NCBI GenBank assembly: GCA_035688265.1
Contig: DASSNE010000003.1
Location: 12,890-76,889 of the forward strand
Length of the DNA: 64,000 bases
Reading direction: 5' to 3'
From: Gammaproteobacteria bacterium
GTDB taxonomy: Bacteria; Pseudomonadota; Gammaproteobacteria; Natronospirales; DASSBR01
The notes beneath the pieces were generated by a model, which searched no databases, was not told the origin of the DNA, and saw only the letters and a list, made by a program, of their open reading frames with translations. Made by a program: the position numbers and the translations under genes. Positions 1 through 8,562 of this stretch are shown one piece after another; the stretch's first letter is position 1, and each line of letters opens with the position of its first letter.

Positions 1-492
1 CGCGTGCATGAGCCGGGGCAGCCCGAGGTACAGAAGATAGAGGCCGTAAATGCCGGCGAACAGAATCAGGACGTCGAGCAGCGGGACCAGGTGCAACACG
101 CCGGCAAGCCACACCGGCGTGCTGGTATAGGCGGCGAGCTTGAGTGCCTGCGGCAGGCTCTTTTCGCCGCCGAAGCCGGCCGCCAGCTCGGAAATGATCA
201 GCGCGAGCACGTAGACGCCGACCAGCGTGAGCACGTAAGACACGATGGCCTCGGCAATGCCGGAACTGATCGGCACGCGGTAGCGGCCGAGAAAGGGCAC
301 CGACACGCCGAACATGCTGAGCCCGATAAAGTTCGCCACCGGCCCGATGGCCGCCAGCGGCAAAATGTAGCGGAGGTACAGGGTTCGCGGCGATGCGGTT
401 TCGTCAGCGATCGCCTCCCATTCGCTACGCGGCCGGAAGAGAATGTTTCTGACCCGGTGCGTCAGGGGCAGATTCAGAGTGACTGTATTCAT
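1..492 (-). CDS. Yip1-family (DUF1282-like) integral membrane protein; 3' end lies outside the window
   Basis: Absent from the ORF track because it runs off the window. Reverse-complement translation from ATG (492-490) gives MNTVTLNLPLTHRVRNILFRPRSEWEAIADE..., followed by several hydrophobic helices (..AAYTSTPVWLAGVLHLVPLLDVLILFAGIYGLYLLYLGLPRLM). The listed + ORF 4..537 is its antisense shadow. Confidence 0.75.
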   Translation of the reverse strand, partial: MNTVTLNLPLTHRVRNILFRPRSEWEAIADETASPRTLYLRYILPLAAIGPVANFIGLSMFGVSVPFLGRYRVPISSGIAEAIVSYVLTLVGVYVLALIISELAAGFGGEKSLPQALKLAAYTSTPVWLAGVLHLVPLLDVLILFAGIYGLYLLYLGLPRLMHA

Positions 493-676
493 GGGCTGAT
501 CGACCTCGTCCGTTGCTGTCTGCATGGCCGGATTTAACGCGCATCGCCCGTCCCGTTTCTACGCCAATCACTGCCCGGATTTTGCTCACCGCCTGCTCAA
601 ATGGCTGCGTCCAGTCCCGGAGGGTGCTGCTATACTCAAACCAAACGCCCGGGAATCCGGCTGGAGTTCTTCGGCA

Positions 677-2968
677 ATGAACAAGGCACCCGCGCCGACC
701 GAAGCGGACTTTATTGCGGCAGTCCGCCTGGCGCTCCGGTACTACCACGAGCCCGATCGACTGCGTGAGAATCCGCTCGTGCAGTCGCGCCTGGTCACGG
801 CGGCATTGGACAACGCCGATGCGCCGCGCACGCCGGTGCAGGCGCTCCGCGAGGTGATCAGGATCCACTGCGAGCAACTCGGCAGCGCACCGAAGGCGGA
901 TGAACTCCGGCAGGTGATACAGCGGACCTGGCTCAAGCCGATGCGCTCGCAACAGGCGGTCGCCGAAACACTGAACCTGAGCTGGAGCACCTATCGCCGC
1001 CGACTGGCAAGCGCAGTCCGCCGGCTGGCGATGCAGCTGTGGGAGGCGGAGGCGGCGCTTCGGGTGGCTGCCGCATCGGCGCCCGCACACAATACTGGCG
1101 CGAGTCTCCGGGCGACGGATGGCCGGTACCCGCCGGTCGGCGGCGTTTTCCACCACACGCTGGGGCGCAGCCTGCTGGGCGCGCTGGCGCTCATCGCGCT
1201 GAGCGCCATGGCGTGGCTGCTGTCGCCGACCGAACAGGGGCAAGGCTCGATCGGCCCGCCGCCGGACTCCCACAGCTATCGGCGCACGCTCGCCGTGTTG
1301 CCGTTCGAAAACCTGAGTGCGGACAAGGCAAATGGCTATTTTGCGGCGGGCATCCGGGACGAACTTCTGACGCGCCTGGCCGCCATTCCGGCGCTGAAGG
1401 TCATCGCCCGCACGTCGACGGCCCGGTACAAGAGTCACCCGGCGGACATCAAAAGCATCGCCGCCGACCTCAACGTCGCAGCCGTACTCGAGGGCAGCGT
1501 GCAAAAGGCGGGCGATACCGTCCACATCAACGTGCAGTTGATCGATGCGCGCACTTACACTCACCTCTGGGCTCACAGTTACGATCGCAAACTGACCGAT
1601 ATTTTCGGCGTTGAAGGCGAAGTCGCCAACAAAATCGCGGCCGCGCTGGGCGCCGAACTGAGCCCGGCGCAAGCGGCCCGCCTTCACGACGCGCCAACAG
1701 CCAGCGTACCGGCATACGACCGGTTCCTGCGCGGCGAGTATTACGCCAATCGCGCCTATTCGAGCCTGCTGTCGACGGACTTCGACGCTGCGATCAAAAA
1801 TTATCAGGCGGCCGTCCGGATCGATCCGCGCTTTGCGCTTGCCTACGCGAAACTGTCGCTGATGCAATCGTACAAGCTGCATACCCTGCACTTTCGGGGC
1901 GACTACGATCCGAAGCTCGCGGCCGGCACCGAGGCGAATGCCGACAAGGCGCTGGCCCTGGCGCCGGACCTGGCCGAGGCGCATCTGGCCGAAGGCTACT
2001 ATCTCGACTACGTCCGCCACGATCTCGAAGGCCAGCTGAAGTCATTTCAGGCCGCGCTTGCGCTTGCGCCGGAAAGCGCCGAGACGCTCTTCGGCATCGG
2101 CGTCATTTATGAGAACCGGGCACATTTCAGGCAAGCCATCGACTACTATCGACGCGCGCTCGTTACCGATCCGCGCAATCTCAGAACGCTGGTCGAACTG
2201 GCGGCGGCCGACATGTACGTGCATCGCTACAAGGAAGCCGAGACGCTGCTGGAACGCGGCCTGAGCATTGATCCGGCGTCGGTGAACACGGCACTGTTTC
2301 TTGTCAGCGCGTACGTCCTGCACACCGGCGATATCGACCGGGCTCTTGCCGTCCTCAAAGCCGCGCCCGCGGCTGTCAGAGACAATCCGGTGGTGCTCGA
2401 TCAACGCGCGGTGCTGCTTGCTGCGCTGAGTCATTTTGATGCTGCACGACGCTTGTTCGCCAGGCTGACGTCAGGCAAGCCGTCGGCCGACTGGAGCATC
2501 GAAATGGAACAGGGCGACCTGGAGTGGTTCGCCGGCGACAAGGCGCGGGCGCGCGATCATTATCGACGCGCCGCCAAGCTGGCGGAGGCCGGGATCGCGA
2601 AGAAACCGAACAGCTGGCTTCACGAAAGGCTGGGATGGATTTTCGCCCGGCTGGGCAAAAAGGAAAAAGCGCTTCAGGAGGTGCGCCGCGCGGTCCAATC
2701 AAATCCGGCCGACAGCCACCCGGTCTCCAACATGACCGCGCGCGTCATGCTGGCGCAGGTCGAGGCGCAGCTGGGAGAGACGGATCAGGCCGTGGCGGAA
2801 CTGGGCAAGCTGCTCGCGATGCCGAGTGGTTACGTCATCTCGATACCGCTGATCCAGGTCGATCCGAACTGGGCCGCCATCCGATCGGCGCCGGGTTTTC
2901 AGGCGTTGGTCAAGCAATACGACAAGCGCGCGTCGCGCCCGGACGGCGTCGTCGCCAGCGCCGACTGA
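677..2968 (+). CDS. Membrane-anchored TPR-repeat protein with an N-terminal HTH-like segment and a TolB-N-like module
   Basis: ORF 524..2968; ATG at 677 (MNKAPAPTEADF..) is preferred. It has one TM helix (LLGALALIALSAMAWLL), a module RTLAVLPFENLS..GIRDELLTRLA..LEGSVQKAGD, then many TPR-like helical repeats. Confidence 0.7.
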   Translation: MNKAPAPTEADFIAAVRLALRYYHEPDRLRENPLVQSRLVTAALDNADAPRTPVQALREVIRIHCEQLGSAPKADELRQVIQRTWLKPMRSQQAVAETLNLSWSTYRRRLASAVRRLAMQLWEAEAALRVAAASAPAHNTGASLRATDGRYPPVGGVFHHTLGRSLLGALALIALSAMAWLLSPTEQGQGSIGPPPDSHSYRRTLAVLPFENLSADKANGYFAAGIRDELLTRLAAIPALKVIARTSTARYKSHPADIKSIAADLNVAAVLEGSVQKAGDTVHINVQLIDARTYTHLWAHSYDRKLTDIFGVEGEVANKIAAALGAELSPAQAARLHDAPTASVPAYDRFLRGEYYANRAYSSLLSTDFDAAIKNYQAAVRIDPRFALAYAKLSLMQSYKLHTLHFRGDYDPKLAAGTEANADKALALAPDLAEAHLAEGYYLDYVRHDLEGQLKSFQAALALAPESAETLFGIGVIYENRAHFRQAIDYYRRALVTDPRNLRTLVELAAADMYVHRYKEAETLLERGLSIDPASVNTALFLVSAYVLHTGDIDRALAVLKAAPAAVRDNPVVLDQRAVLLAALSHFDAARRLFARLTSGKPSADWSIEMEQGDLEWFAGDKARARDHYRRAAKLAEAGIAKKPNSWLHERLGWIFARLGKKEKALQEVRRAVQSNPADSHPVSNMTARVMLAQVEAQLGETDQAVAELGKLLAMPSGYVISIPLIQVDPNWAAIRSAPGFQALVKQYDKRASRPDGVVASAD

Positions 2969-2972
2969 TCGC

Positions 2973-3989
2973 TCAATCTTCGCCGCCGCCGTAACCGCCT
3001 TCGGTCACCTTGCCGCGGAATACCAGGTACTGATATGCGTTGTAGATCAGCATCACCGGAATCAGCATGCCGATGCCGGTGAGCATGAACACCAGCGTTT
3101 TGCTGGATGACGCAGCGCCATAGACGGTCACGTCCGGCGGGATGATGCTGGGGTACAGGCTCGTGGCGAGGCCGATGAACGAGAACAGGAAGATCAGGAT
3201 ACTCCACGCGAACGGGGCGTATTCGTGCCGTCGCCGGAGACTGTAAAGCAGCACGCCGAAGGAAATGGCGGCACACAGCGGCAGTATGCCGATAGCGTAC
3301 AGATGCTCACCGAACCACTTGTCGCGCACGTAGTCGAACTTGAGCGGCGTCCAGAGGCTGACGCCGACGCCGACGATGACCGTAAGCCATGCCGCGAACG
3401 CCGCCTGATGAAAGAAGCGCGCCTGGATATCACCGACGGTCTTGACGATCAGGTACGTCGCACCGAGCAGCATGTAGCCGAACACGACGCCCACCGCGAC
3501 CAGCAGCGAGAACGGCGAAAACCAATCGAACACGCCGCCGGTAAAACCTTGCGGTCCCACCGGAATTCCCGAAATGATCGCGCCGAGGGCAAGGCCTTGT
3601 GCGGCCGCGGCAAGCAGGCTGCCGGCCCCGAACGCGATGTTCCACATGTGTTTGCGGCGGGAATTTTCTCGGAACTCGAACGCGACGCCACGAAACACCA
3701 GGCCGAACAGCGCCGCCATAATCGGAATGTAAAGCGCATGCAGCGCGATCGCGTAAACATCGGGAAACGCGCCGAACAACGCACCGCCGAGCAGCACCAG
3801 CCAGGTTTCATTCGCATCCCAGACGCTGCCGAGGCTGGCCATCATGATGCCGCGCTCGTTGTCGTTGCGCGCGCCCAGCGACAGGATGCCGACGCCCAGG
3901 TCGAAGCCGTCGAGCACCACGTAAAGGATCAGCAATACGCCGATCAGGCCGAACCAGATGTCGGCGAGGAAGTGGTGGACTTCGTTCAT
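2973..3989 (-). CDS. cydB: Cytochrome bd-type quinol oxidase subunit II
   Basis: The 338-aa polytopic protein starts MNEVHHFLADIWFGLIGVLLILYVVLDGFDLGVGIL, a typical CydB N-terminus. It overlaps the cydA stop by 4 nt. Confidence 0.9.
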   Translation of the reverse strand: MNEVHHFLADIWFGLIGVLLILYVVLDGFDLGVGILSLGARNDNERGIMMASLGSVWDANETWLVLLGGALFGAFPDVYAIALHALYIPIMAALFGLVFRGVAFEFRENSRRKHMWNIAFGAGSLLAAAAQGLALGAIISGIPVGPQGFTGGVFDWFSPFSLLVAVGVVFGYMLLGATYLIVKTVGDIQARFFHQAAFAAWLTVIVGVGVSLWTPLKFDYVRDKWFGEHLYAIGILPLCAAISFGVLLYSLRRRHEYAPFAWSILIFLFSFIGLATSLYPSIIPPDVTVYGAASSSKTLVFMLTGIGMLIPVMLIYNAYQYLVFRGKVTEGGYGGGED

Positions 3990-5422
3990 TTCATGCCCTC
4001 GCTCGACTGGCCTTCACCGGTTTCCCAGGCGGTGCGCGTGTCGACGAGATTGGCGCCGCGGCGAGGAGGTGCCTCCATCGTGACGTCCGGCCCTTCCAGC
4101 AGAATGCGCCGCGCGAAATACAGGAACGTCACCAGCAGAATCGCGTAGATAATGCCGAACACGATCATCGTGCCGGCCACGGTGGACGGCGGCAGCATCG
4201 ACGCGCCGTGTTCGGTGCGCATGATGCCGTAAATCACCCATGGCTGACGGCCGACTTCGCGCACGGTCCAGCCGCATTCAACCGCGATGTCGCCGAGCGG
4301 AATCGCTGCCATCCAGAGCAGCCACAACCACTTGTGGCGGTCGGCATTGTCCGCGGTCAGGCCATAGCGCCGCCAGCGCCACAGGGTCCAGATCATCAGG
4401 CCGAAGAAAAAGAAGCCGATCGCGACCATGAGACGGAAGGTGTAATAGATGAGCGGGATCAGCGGCGGCTGGTCCTTGCGCGGAAAATCGCGCAGACCCT
4501 TCACCTGCCCGTCGAGCGTATGCGTCGCCAGCAGGCTGAGGCCATAGGGAATGTCGAGCGACCAGTCGTTTTTCTGCTCCGCCTGGTTCGGCCACGCGAG
4601 CATCGACCACGCCGCGGGCTGGCCCGGCGGGTTGGTCTCCCAATGCCCTTCGATCGCCGCGCCTTTCGCCGGCTGATATTCGAACACGACGCCGCCCGAG
4701 CCGTCGCCCAGAAAAATCTGCAGCGGCGTGATGATGATCGCGGCGATCGCGACCAGCTTGAACGAGCGCAAAAAGAAGGCCCGATGACGGTTCCGGTAGA
4801 TGTACCACGCGCTCAAGCCGCCGATGATGAACAGGCTGGTTTCGAGGCACGCAATCCACATGTGCGTGATCCCCCACGGCGCAGACGGATTGAAGATCGC
4901 CTCGATGTAATTGTCGACGACGAAGCGACCGTTTTCGACGTGGCCGCCGGTCGGCGTCTGCATCCACGAATTCGCCGACATGATCCACAACGCCGACATC
5001 GATGCGCCCAGCGCCACCATGCACGTCGCGAACATGTGGATCGCCGGCGCGACGCGGCGCCAGCCGAACATCATGATGCCGAGGAAGCCCGCTTCGAGCA
5101 TGAAGGCCATCGAGCCTTCGAAGCCGAGAATGTTGCCGAAGAAGTTGCCGGCGAGGCGCGAAAACGGCGCCCAGTTGGTGCCGAACTCGAATTCGAGCGG
5201 CAAACCGGTCGCAACACCGACGCCGAAGTTCAACAGCAGCAGCTTGGCCCAGAAACGCGCGTGACGGTAGTAGTCCTCGTTGCCGGTCTTGAGCCACAGC
5301 GATTCGAGTACGACGAGAAACGTCGACAGGCCGATCGTGAACACCGGCCAGACAATGTGGAATATCAGCGTGAACGCGAACTGGCCGCGCGACAAGTCAA
5401 CGCTTGGGCTGACGGGAAGCAT
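3986..5422 (-). CDS. cydA: Cytochrome bd-type quinol oxidase subunit I (short form, CioA-like)
   Basis: 478 aa; the sequence LSRGQFAFTLIFHIVWPVFTIGL..WAKLLLLNFGVGVATGLPLEFEFGTNW matches the CydA family. A Shine-Dalgarno (aaggatgg) lies upstream. Confidence 0.9.
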   Translation of the reverse strand: MLPVSPSVDLSRGQFAFTLIFHIVWPVFTIGLSTFLVVLESLWLKTGNEDYYRHARFWAKLLLLNFGVGVATGLPLEFEFGTNWAPFSRLAGNFFGNILGFEGSMAFMLEAGFLGIMMFGWRRVAPAIHMFATCMVALGASMSALWIMSANSWMQTPTGGHVENGRFVVDNYIEAIFNPSAPWGITHMWIACLETSLFIIGGLSAWYIYRNRHRAFFLRSFKLVAIAAIIITPLQIFLGDGSGGVVFEYQPAKGAAIEGHWETNPPGQPAAWSMLAWPNQAEQKNDWSLDIPYGLSLLATHTLDGQVKGLRDFPRKDQPPLIPLIYYTFRLMVAIGFFFFGLMIWTLWRWRRYGLTADNADRHKWLWLLWMAAIPLGDIAVECGWTVREVGRQPWVIYGIMRTEHGASMLPPSTVAGTMIVFGIIYAILLVTFLYFARRILLEGPDVTMEAPPRRGANLVDTRTAWETGEGQSSEGMK

Positions 5423-5503
5423 GAACCATCCTTGAGTTTATTAACCGGCCCCCGCATGAAAGCGCGCTTGGACCCGCTACCGTTGTCTCCCTACAATAGC
5501 GCA

Positions 5504-6013
5504 ATGACCGACAATAATGAAACTGTCCCGCCCATCGCGCTGGTCGTAGCCATGGGCGCTGAACGCGAGATCGGCCATGACGGGCGAATGCCGTGGCACC
5601 TGCCGGCCGACCTCAAGCATTTCAAGGCTGTAACGATCGGGCACACGGTCCTGATGGGGCGGCGCACCTTCGAGTCGATCGGCCGGCCGCTGCCGGGGCG
5701 CGACAACTTCGTCGTCAGCCGCGATGTCGGTTTCCAGCCTGAAGGCTGCACGGTGTTCGCCTCAATCGACCTGGCGCTCGCCGCCGCACCGGCAGATGGA
5801 ATGCTGATGGTGATCGGCGGCGCGACGCTTTACGAGGTGCTGCTGCCGCGGGCGCAACGAATTTACCTGACGCGCATTAACGCCAGCTTCCCGGCCGATA
5901 CCTGGTTTCCGAAGCTCGATGACGACGAGTGGCGCGAGGTCGAATGCGAAGAGCATGGGCCGGATGAGAAGAATTCGTACCGGTACAGCTTCATCACGCT
6001 GGAAAGGAAATAA
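5504..6013 (+). CDS. folA: Dihydrofolate reductase
   Basis: The internal ATG of ORF 4208..6013 gives MTDNNETVPPIALVVAMGAEREIGHDGRMPWHLPADLKHFKAVTIGHTVLMGRRTFESIG, a classic DHFR. The upstream part of that ORF is antisense to cydA. Confidence 0.9.
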   Translation: MTDNNETVPPIALVVAMGAEREIGHDGRMPWHLPADLKHFKAVTIGHTVLMGRRTFESIGRPLPGRDNFVVSRDVGFQPEGCTVFASIDLALAAAPADGMLMVIGGATLYEVLLPRAQRIYLTRINASFPADTWFPKLDDDEWREVECEEHGPDEKNSYRYSFITLERK

Positions 6014-6016
6014 GCA

Positions 6017-6044
6017 CCGCTTACCGCTTACCGCTTACCACTTA
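6017..6044. repeat. Tandem heptamer repeat, (CCGCTTA)x3 + CCACTTA
   Basis: Read directly as ccgcttaccgcttaccgcttaccactta. It lies between the folA stop (6011-6013) and covers the stop and last codons of the convergent ubiI-like gene. Confidence 0.9.
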
Positions 6045-7258
6045 CCGGCGCTGGCACGAGCCAGCGCGGGCAGGTCGCCTTCAATGCCGAGCGCCCGCCG
6101 GATAAACGCGTTCTTCACCGGCGGCAATTGGTTGACGAGACTCAACCCCCAGCCGCCCAGCGCGCGAATCGGCTCCGCCGCGCCAAACAACTTCTGAAAT
6201 CCGTCCAGTGACCATACCATCGCCGCGTTGTCGGCGCGGCGGGCCCGTTCGTAGCGGCGCAGGATCGATAGTGCACCAACGTCCCGGCCGTTGGCGGCTG
6301 CCGCTGTGAGCGTTCCTGCCAAAGCAGCGGCGTCGAGCAACCCCAGATTGACGCCCTGCCCCGCCAGCGGATGCACCGAATGCGCCGCATCGCCGACCAG
6401 CGCAAAACGCGGCCGCACGTAGCGCTCCGCGTGCATGCGCACGAGTGGAAAGCTCGCGCGGCGATCGTTGGCGGTCACCGCGCCGAGCGTGTAGTCGCTC
6501 GCCTTTGAAACGGCATGGTTGAACCCGGCGTCGTCGAGCCCAAGCAATTCTTCGGCATCGCTGTTGTCGGTGGACCAGATCAGCGAGGAGCGACCGTCGG
6601 CCAGCGGCAGCAGCGCAAGCACGCCATTATCGAGAAAAGCCTGCCGCGCAATGTCGTCGTGATGTCGTTCCGTGGTCAGATGACTGACGACGGCGCGCTG
6701 GTTGTACGAATGCGAGGGCGCTTCGATGCCCGCCCACTGCCGCAGGCGGGAGCCGACACCGTCGGCCGCGACCACCAGCCGCGCGCGCAGTTCGCCGCCG
6801 TCGTCGAACTTGACGCTCATGTAGTCGCGATTGGCCGCAAGGCCGGTACAGGCGCGGGGCCACAAGGTCGTGACGTTGCTGAACGCGGCGACCCGGTCCA
6901 GGAGCGCGGACTGCAACAGGCAGTTTTCGATGATGTGGCCAAGGTCCGGTTCGCCGACGTCAGCGGCGTCGAATTCGATCCGACCGCCGCCGGCGGCATC
7001 CCAGACCTGCATGCCGCGATAGGTGCAGATCCGGTTCGCGGCCGCGATAGCGTCCCAGGCGCCGAGCTTGCGCAGGATACGTTCCGAGGCGCGCGAAATG
7101 GCAAACACCCGCAGGTCCAGCGGAGCGCCGGCGTCAAAAGGTTCGGGTTCACGCGCTTCGACCAGCGCGATCTTCAGCATGCTGTCGGCAATCGCGGCAG
7201 CGAGCGTCGCACCGACCGCGCCGGCGCCCACAATCACGACGTCGTAATCAGCGCTCAT
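6035..7258 (-). CDS. ubiI: UbiH/UbiF/VisC/COQ6-family FAD-dependent ubiquinone-biosynthesis hydroxylase (UbiI/VisC position)
   Basis: The internal start MSADYDVVIVGAGAVGATLAAA (GxGxxG) lies within ORF 6035..8086. There is an ATGA overlap with the upstream ubiH stop. The motif GDAAHSVHPLAGQGVNLG is present, and the synteny pepP-ubiH-visC matches E. coli. Confidence 0.8.
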   Translation of the reverse strand: MSADYDVVIVGAGAVGATLAAAIADSMLKIALVEAREPEPFDAGAPLDLRVFAISRASERILRKLGAWDAIAAANRICTYRGMQVWDAAGGGRIEFDAADVGEPDLGHIIENCLLQSALLDRVAAFSNVTTLWPRACTGLAANRDYMSVKFDDGGELRARLVVAADGVGSRLRQWAGIEAPSHSYNQRAVVSHLTTERHHDDIARQAFLDNGVLALLPLADGRSSLIWSTDNSDAEELLGLDDAGFNHAVSKASDYTLGAVTANDRRASFPLVRMHAERYVRPRFALVGDAAHSVHPLAGQGVNLGLLDAAALAGTLTAAAANGRDVGALSILRRYERARRADNAAMVWSLDGFQKLFGAAEPIRALGGWGLSLVNQLPPVKNAFIRRALGIEGDLPALARASAGKW

Positions 7259-8481
7259 GTGGCACGACCTGGCACCCGCGGCAGCCGCCCGGCAAGCCCC
7301 ATCGTCTGGCGCGCAAACAAATGCTTCACGCCCGGCAGCATGTCGAAGCCCAGCAGGCTCGCGTTGCGCGCCTTGGCGAGCGGCACGAAGCGTGGCGCGA
7401 ACGTGCGCATCAGGCCATCGGTAATGCCGACCGTCAACCACTGATCGCGGCGGCGCCGCGCGGCATAGCGTTCCAGCGCCGCAATCGCGCCCGGATCCTC
7501 CCCGCGCGCAAGCGTGTCGCCGACGACTTCCGCGAGCGTCGCGACATCGCGCAACGACAGGTTGAAGCTCTGTCCGGCCACCGGATGCAGTGAGTGCGCC
7601 GCGTTGCCGATGACGGCAAAACGCGGCCCGACCTGGCGCTCGGCGCGCAGCAATTTCAATGGATAGGCGAAGCGCTTGCCGGCGCGCACGAAGCGGCCCA
7701 GCCGGTAACCGAACAGCGCCTGCAGGCTGTGCAGAAACGTCTCGTCGTCGAGGGCCAGCGCGGCATCGGCGGCATCGGCCGCAACCGTCCAGACCGCGCC
7801 GACGCGCCCTTCGCTCATCGGCAGCATTGCGACCGGACCCTGTGAGGTAAAACGCTCGTACGCCCAGTAGCCGTGATGCTCGCTCGGCGTGACATTGGCG
7901 ATGATGGCGCTCTGGTGATAGTCGCGTACGGTCGCGTGCACGCCCAGCCGTTCGCGCAGCGGCGAGCGCGCGCCGTCGGCGACGACCAGCAGCTTCGCGC
8001 GTGTCTCGACCTGCCGATCGTCGGCCGTCAGCCGCACCTGCGCCCATGCGTTTTCCATCGTGACGCTGTCGACGCTCGCCGGGCACAGCATCGATACGCC
8101 GCTGCGCTCACCCAGCGCTTCGTGCAGCGCCGCGCCGTAAACGCGGTTGGGCATGATGTAACCCAGCGCTTCGACGCCTTCATCGGCGGCGTGCAGACGG
8201 CTGAAGCCGCAGCGTCCGCGTTCGGATACATGAATGTGCTCGATCGGCGTCGCATGTTCGGCCAGCGCCGGCCACAACGCCATCTGTTCCAGAATCGCGC
8301 GGCTGCCGGCGGAGAACGCGGTCACGCGTTCGTCGTAGCTCGGTTGCGCATTGGAGCGCACCGGCATCGGTTCGACCACGGCAACGTCGAGGTCGAGCCC
8401 GGCGAGCGCCAGCGCCATGCTCGCGCCGACCATGCCGCCGCCGGCGATCAGGATGTCGTATTCGCTTTTTATTTCGTCCAT
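7255..8481 (-). CDS. ubiH: 2-octaprenyl-6-methoxyphenol hydroxylase-type flavoprotein
   Basis: 408 aa with MDEIKSEYDILIAGGGMVGASMALALAG and GNAAHSLHPVAGQSFNLS. It lies directly downstream of pepP, as in E. coli. Confidence 0.8.
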   Translation of the reverse strand: MDEIKSEYDILIAGGGMVGASMALALAGLDLDVAVVEPMPVRSNAQPSYDERVTAFSAGSRAILEQMALWPALAEHATPIEHIHVSERGRCGFSRLHAADEGVEALGYIMPNRVYGAALHEALGERSGVSMLCPASVDSVTMENAWAQVRLTADDRQVETRAKLLVVADGARSPLRERLGVHATVRDYHQSAIIANVTPSEHHGYWAYERFTSQGPVAMLPMSEGRVGAVWTVAADAADAALALDDETFLHSLQALFGYRLGRFVRAGKRFAYPLKLLRAERQVGPRFAVIGNAAHSLHPVAGQSFNLSLRDVATLAEVVGDTLARGEDPGAIAALERYAARRRRDQWLTVGITDGLMRTFAPRFVPLAKARNASLLGFDMLPGVKHLFARQTMGLAGRLPRVPGRAT

Positions 8482-8491
8482 AAATAAAAGT

Positions 8492-8560
8492 GCTGAGGAC
8501 TCAGGAACAAGTGAAGAAAGACATGTTTACACTCAGTCCCAAGTCCTTAGTCCTTAGTCC
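8492..8560. repeat. Cluster of AGGACTNAG / CTNAGTCC(T) motifs, including the tandem heptamer AGTCCTT AGTCCTT AGTCC
   Basis: Lies in the pepP-ubiH spacer and reads ..gctgaggactcaggaac..cactcagtcccaagtccttagtccttagtcc. The same 9-mer family occurs at 63353-63432. Confidence 0.7.
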
Positions 8561-8562
8561 GC

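Noticed and set aside
425-2020. 531-aa minus-strand ORF
   Set aside because: It is antisense to the well-supported TPR gene. Its composition is Arg/Ala/Gly/Pro-rich with no recognisable motif, which is the typical high-GC shadow ORF.
4208-5503. 432-codon N-terminal extension of the folA ORF (601-aa track ORF)
   Set aside because: This part is antisense to cydA and Arg-rich. DHFR homology begins at the ATG at 5504.
6017-6044. Short tandem repeats (also 8492-8560) as possible CRISPR remnants
   Set aside because: The repeat units are 7-9 nt with no spacers, and there are no cas genes in the window.
7259-8086. Upstream extension of the ubiI-like ORF (683-aa track ORF)
   Set aside because: It overlaps ubiH in another frame. 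The GxGxxG N-terminus and the ATGA junction define the real start at 7258.
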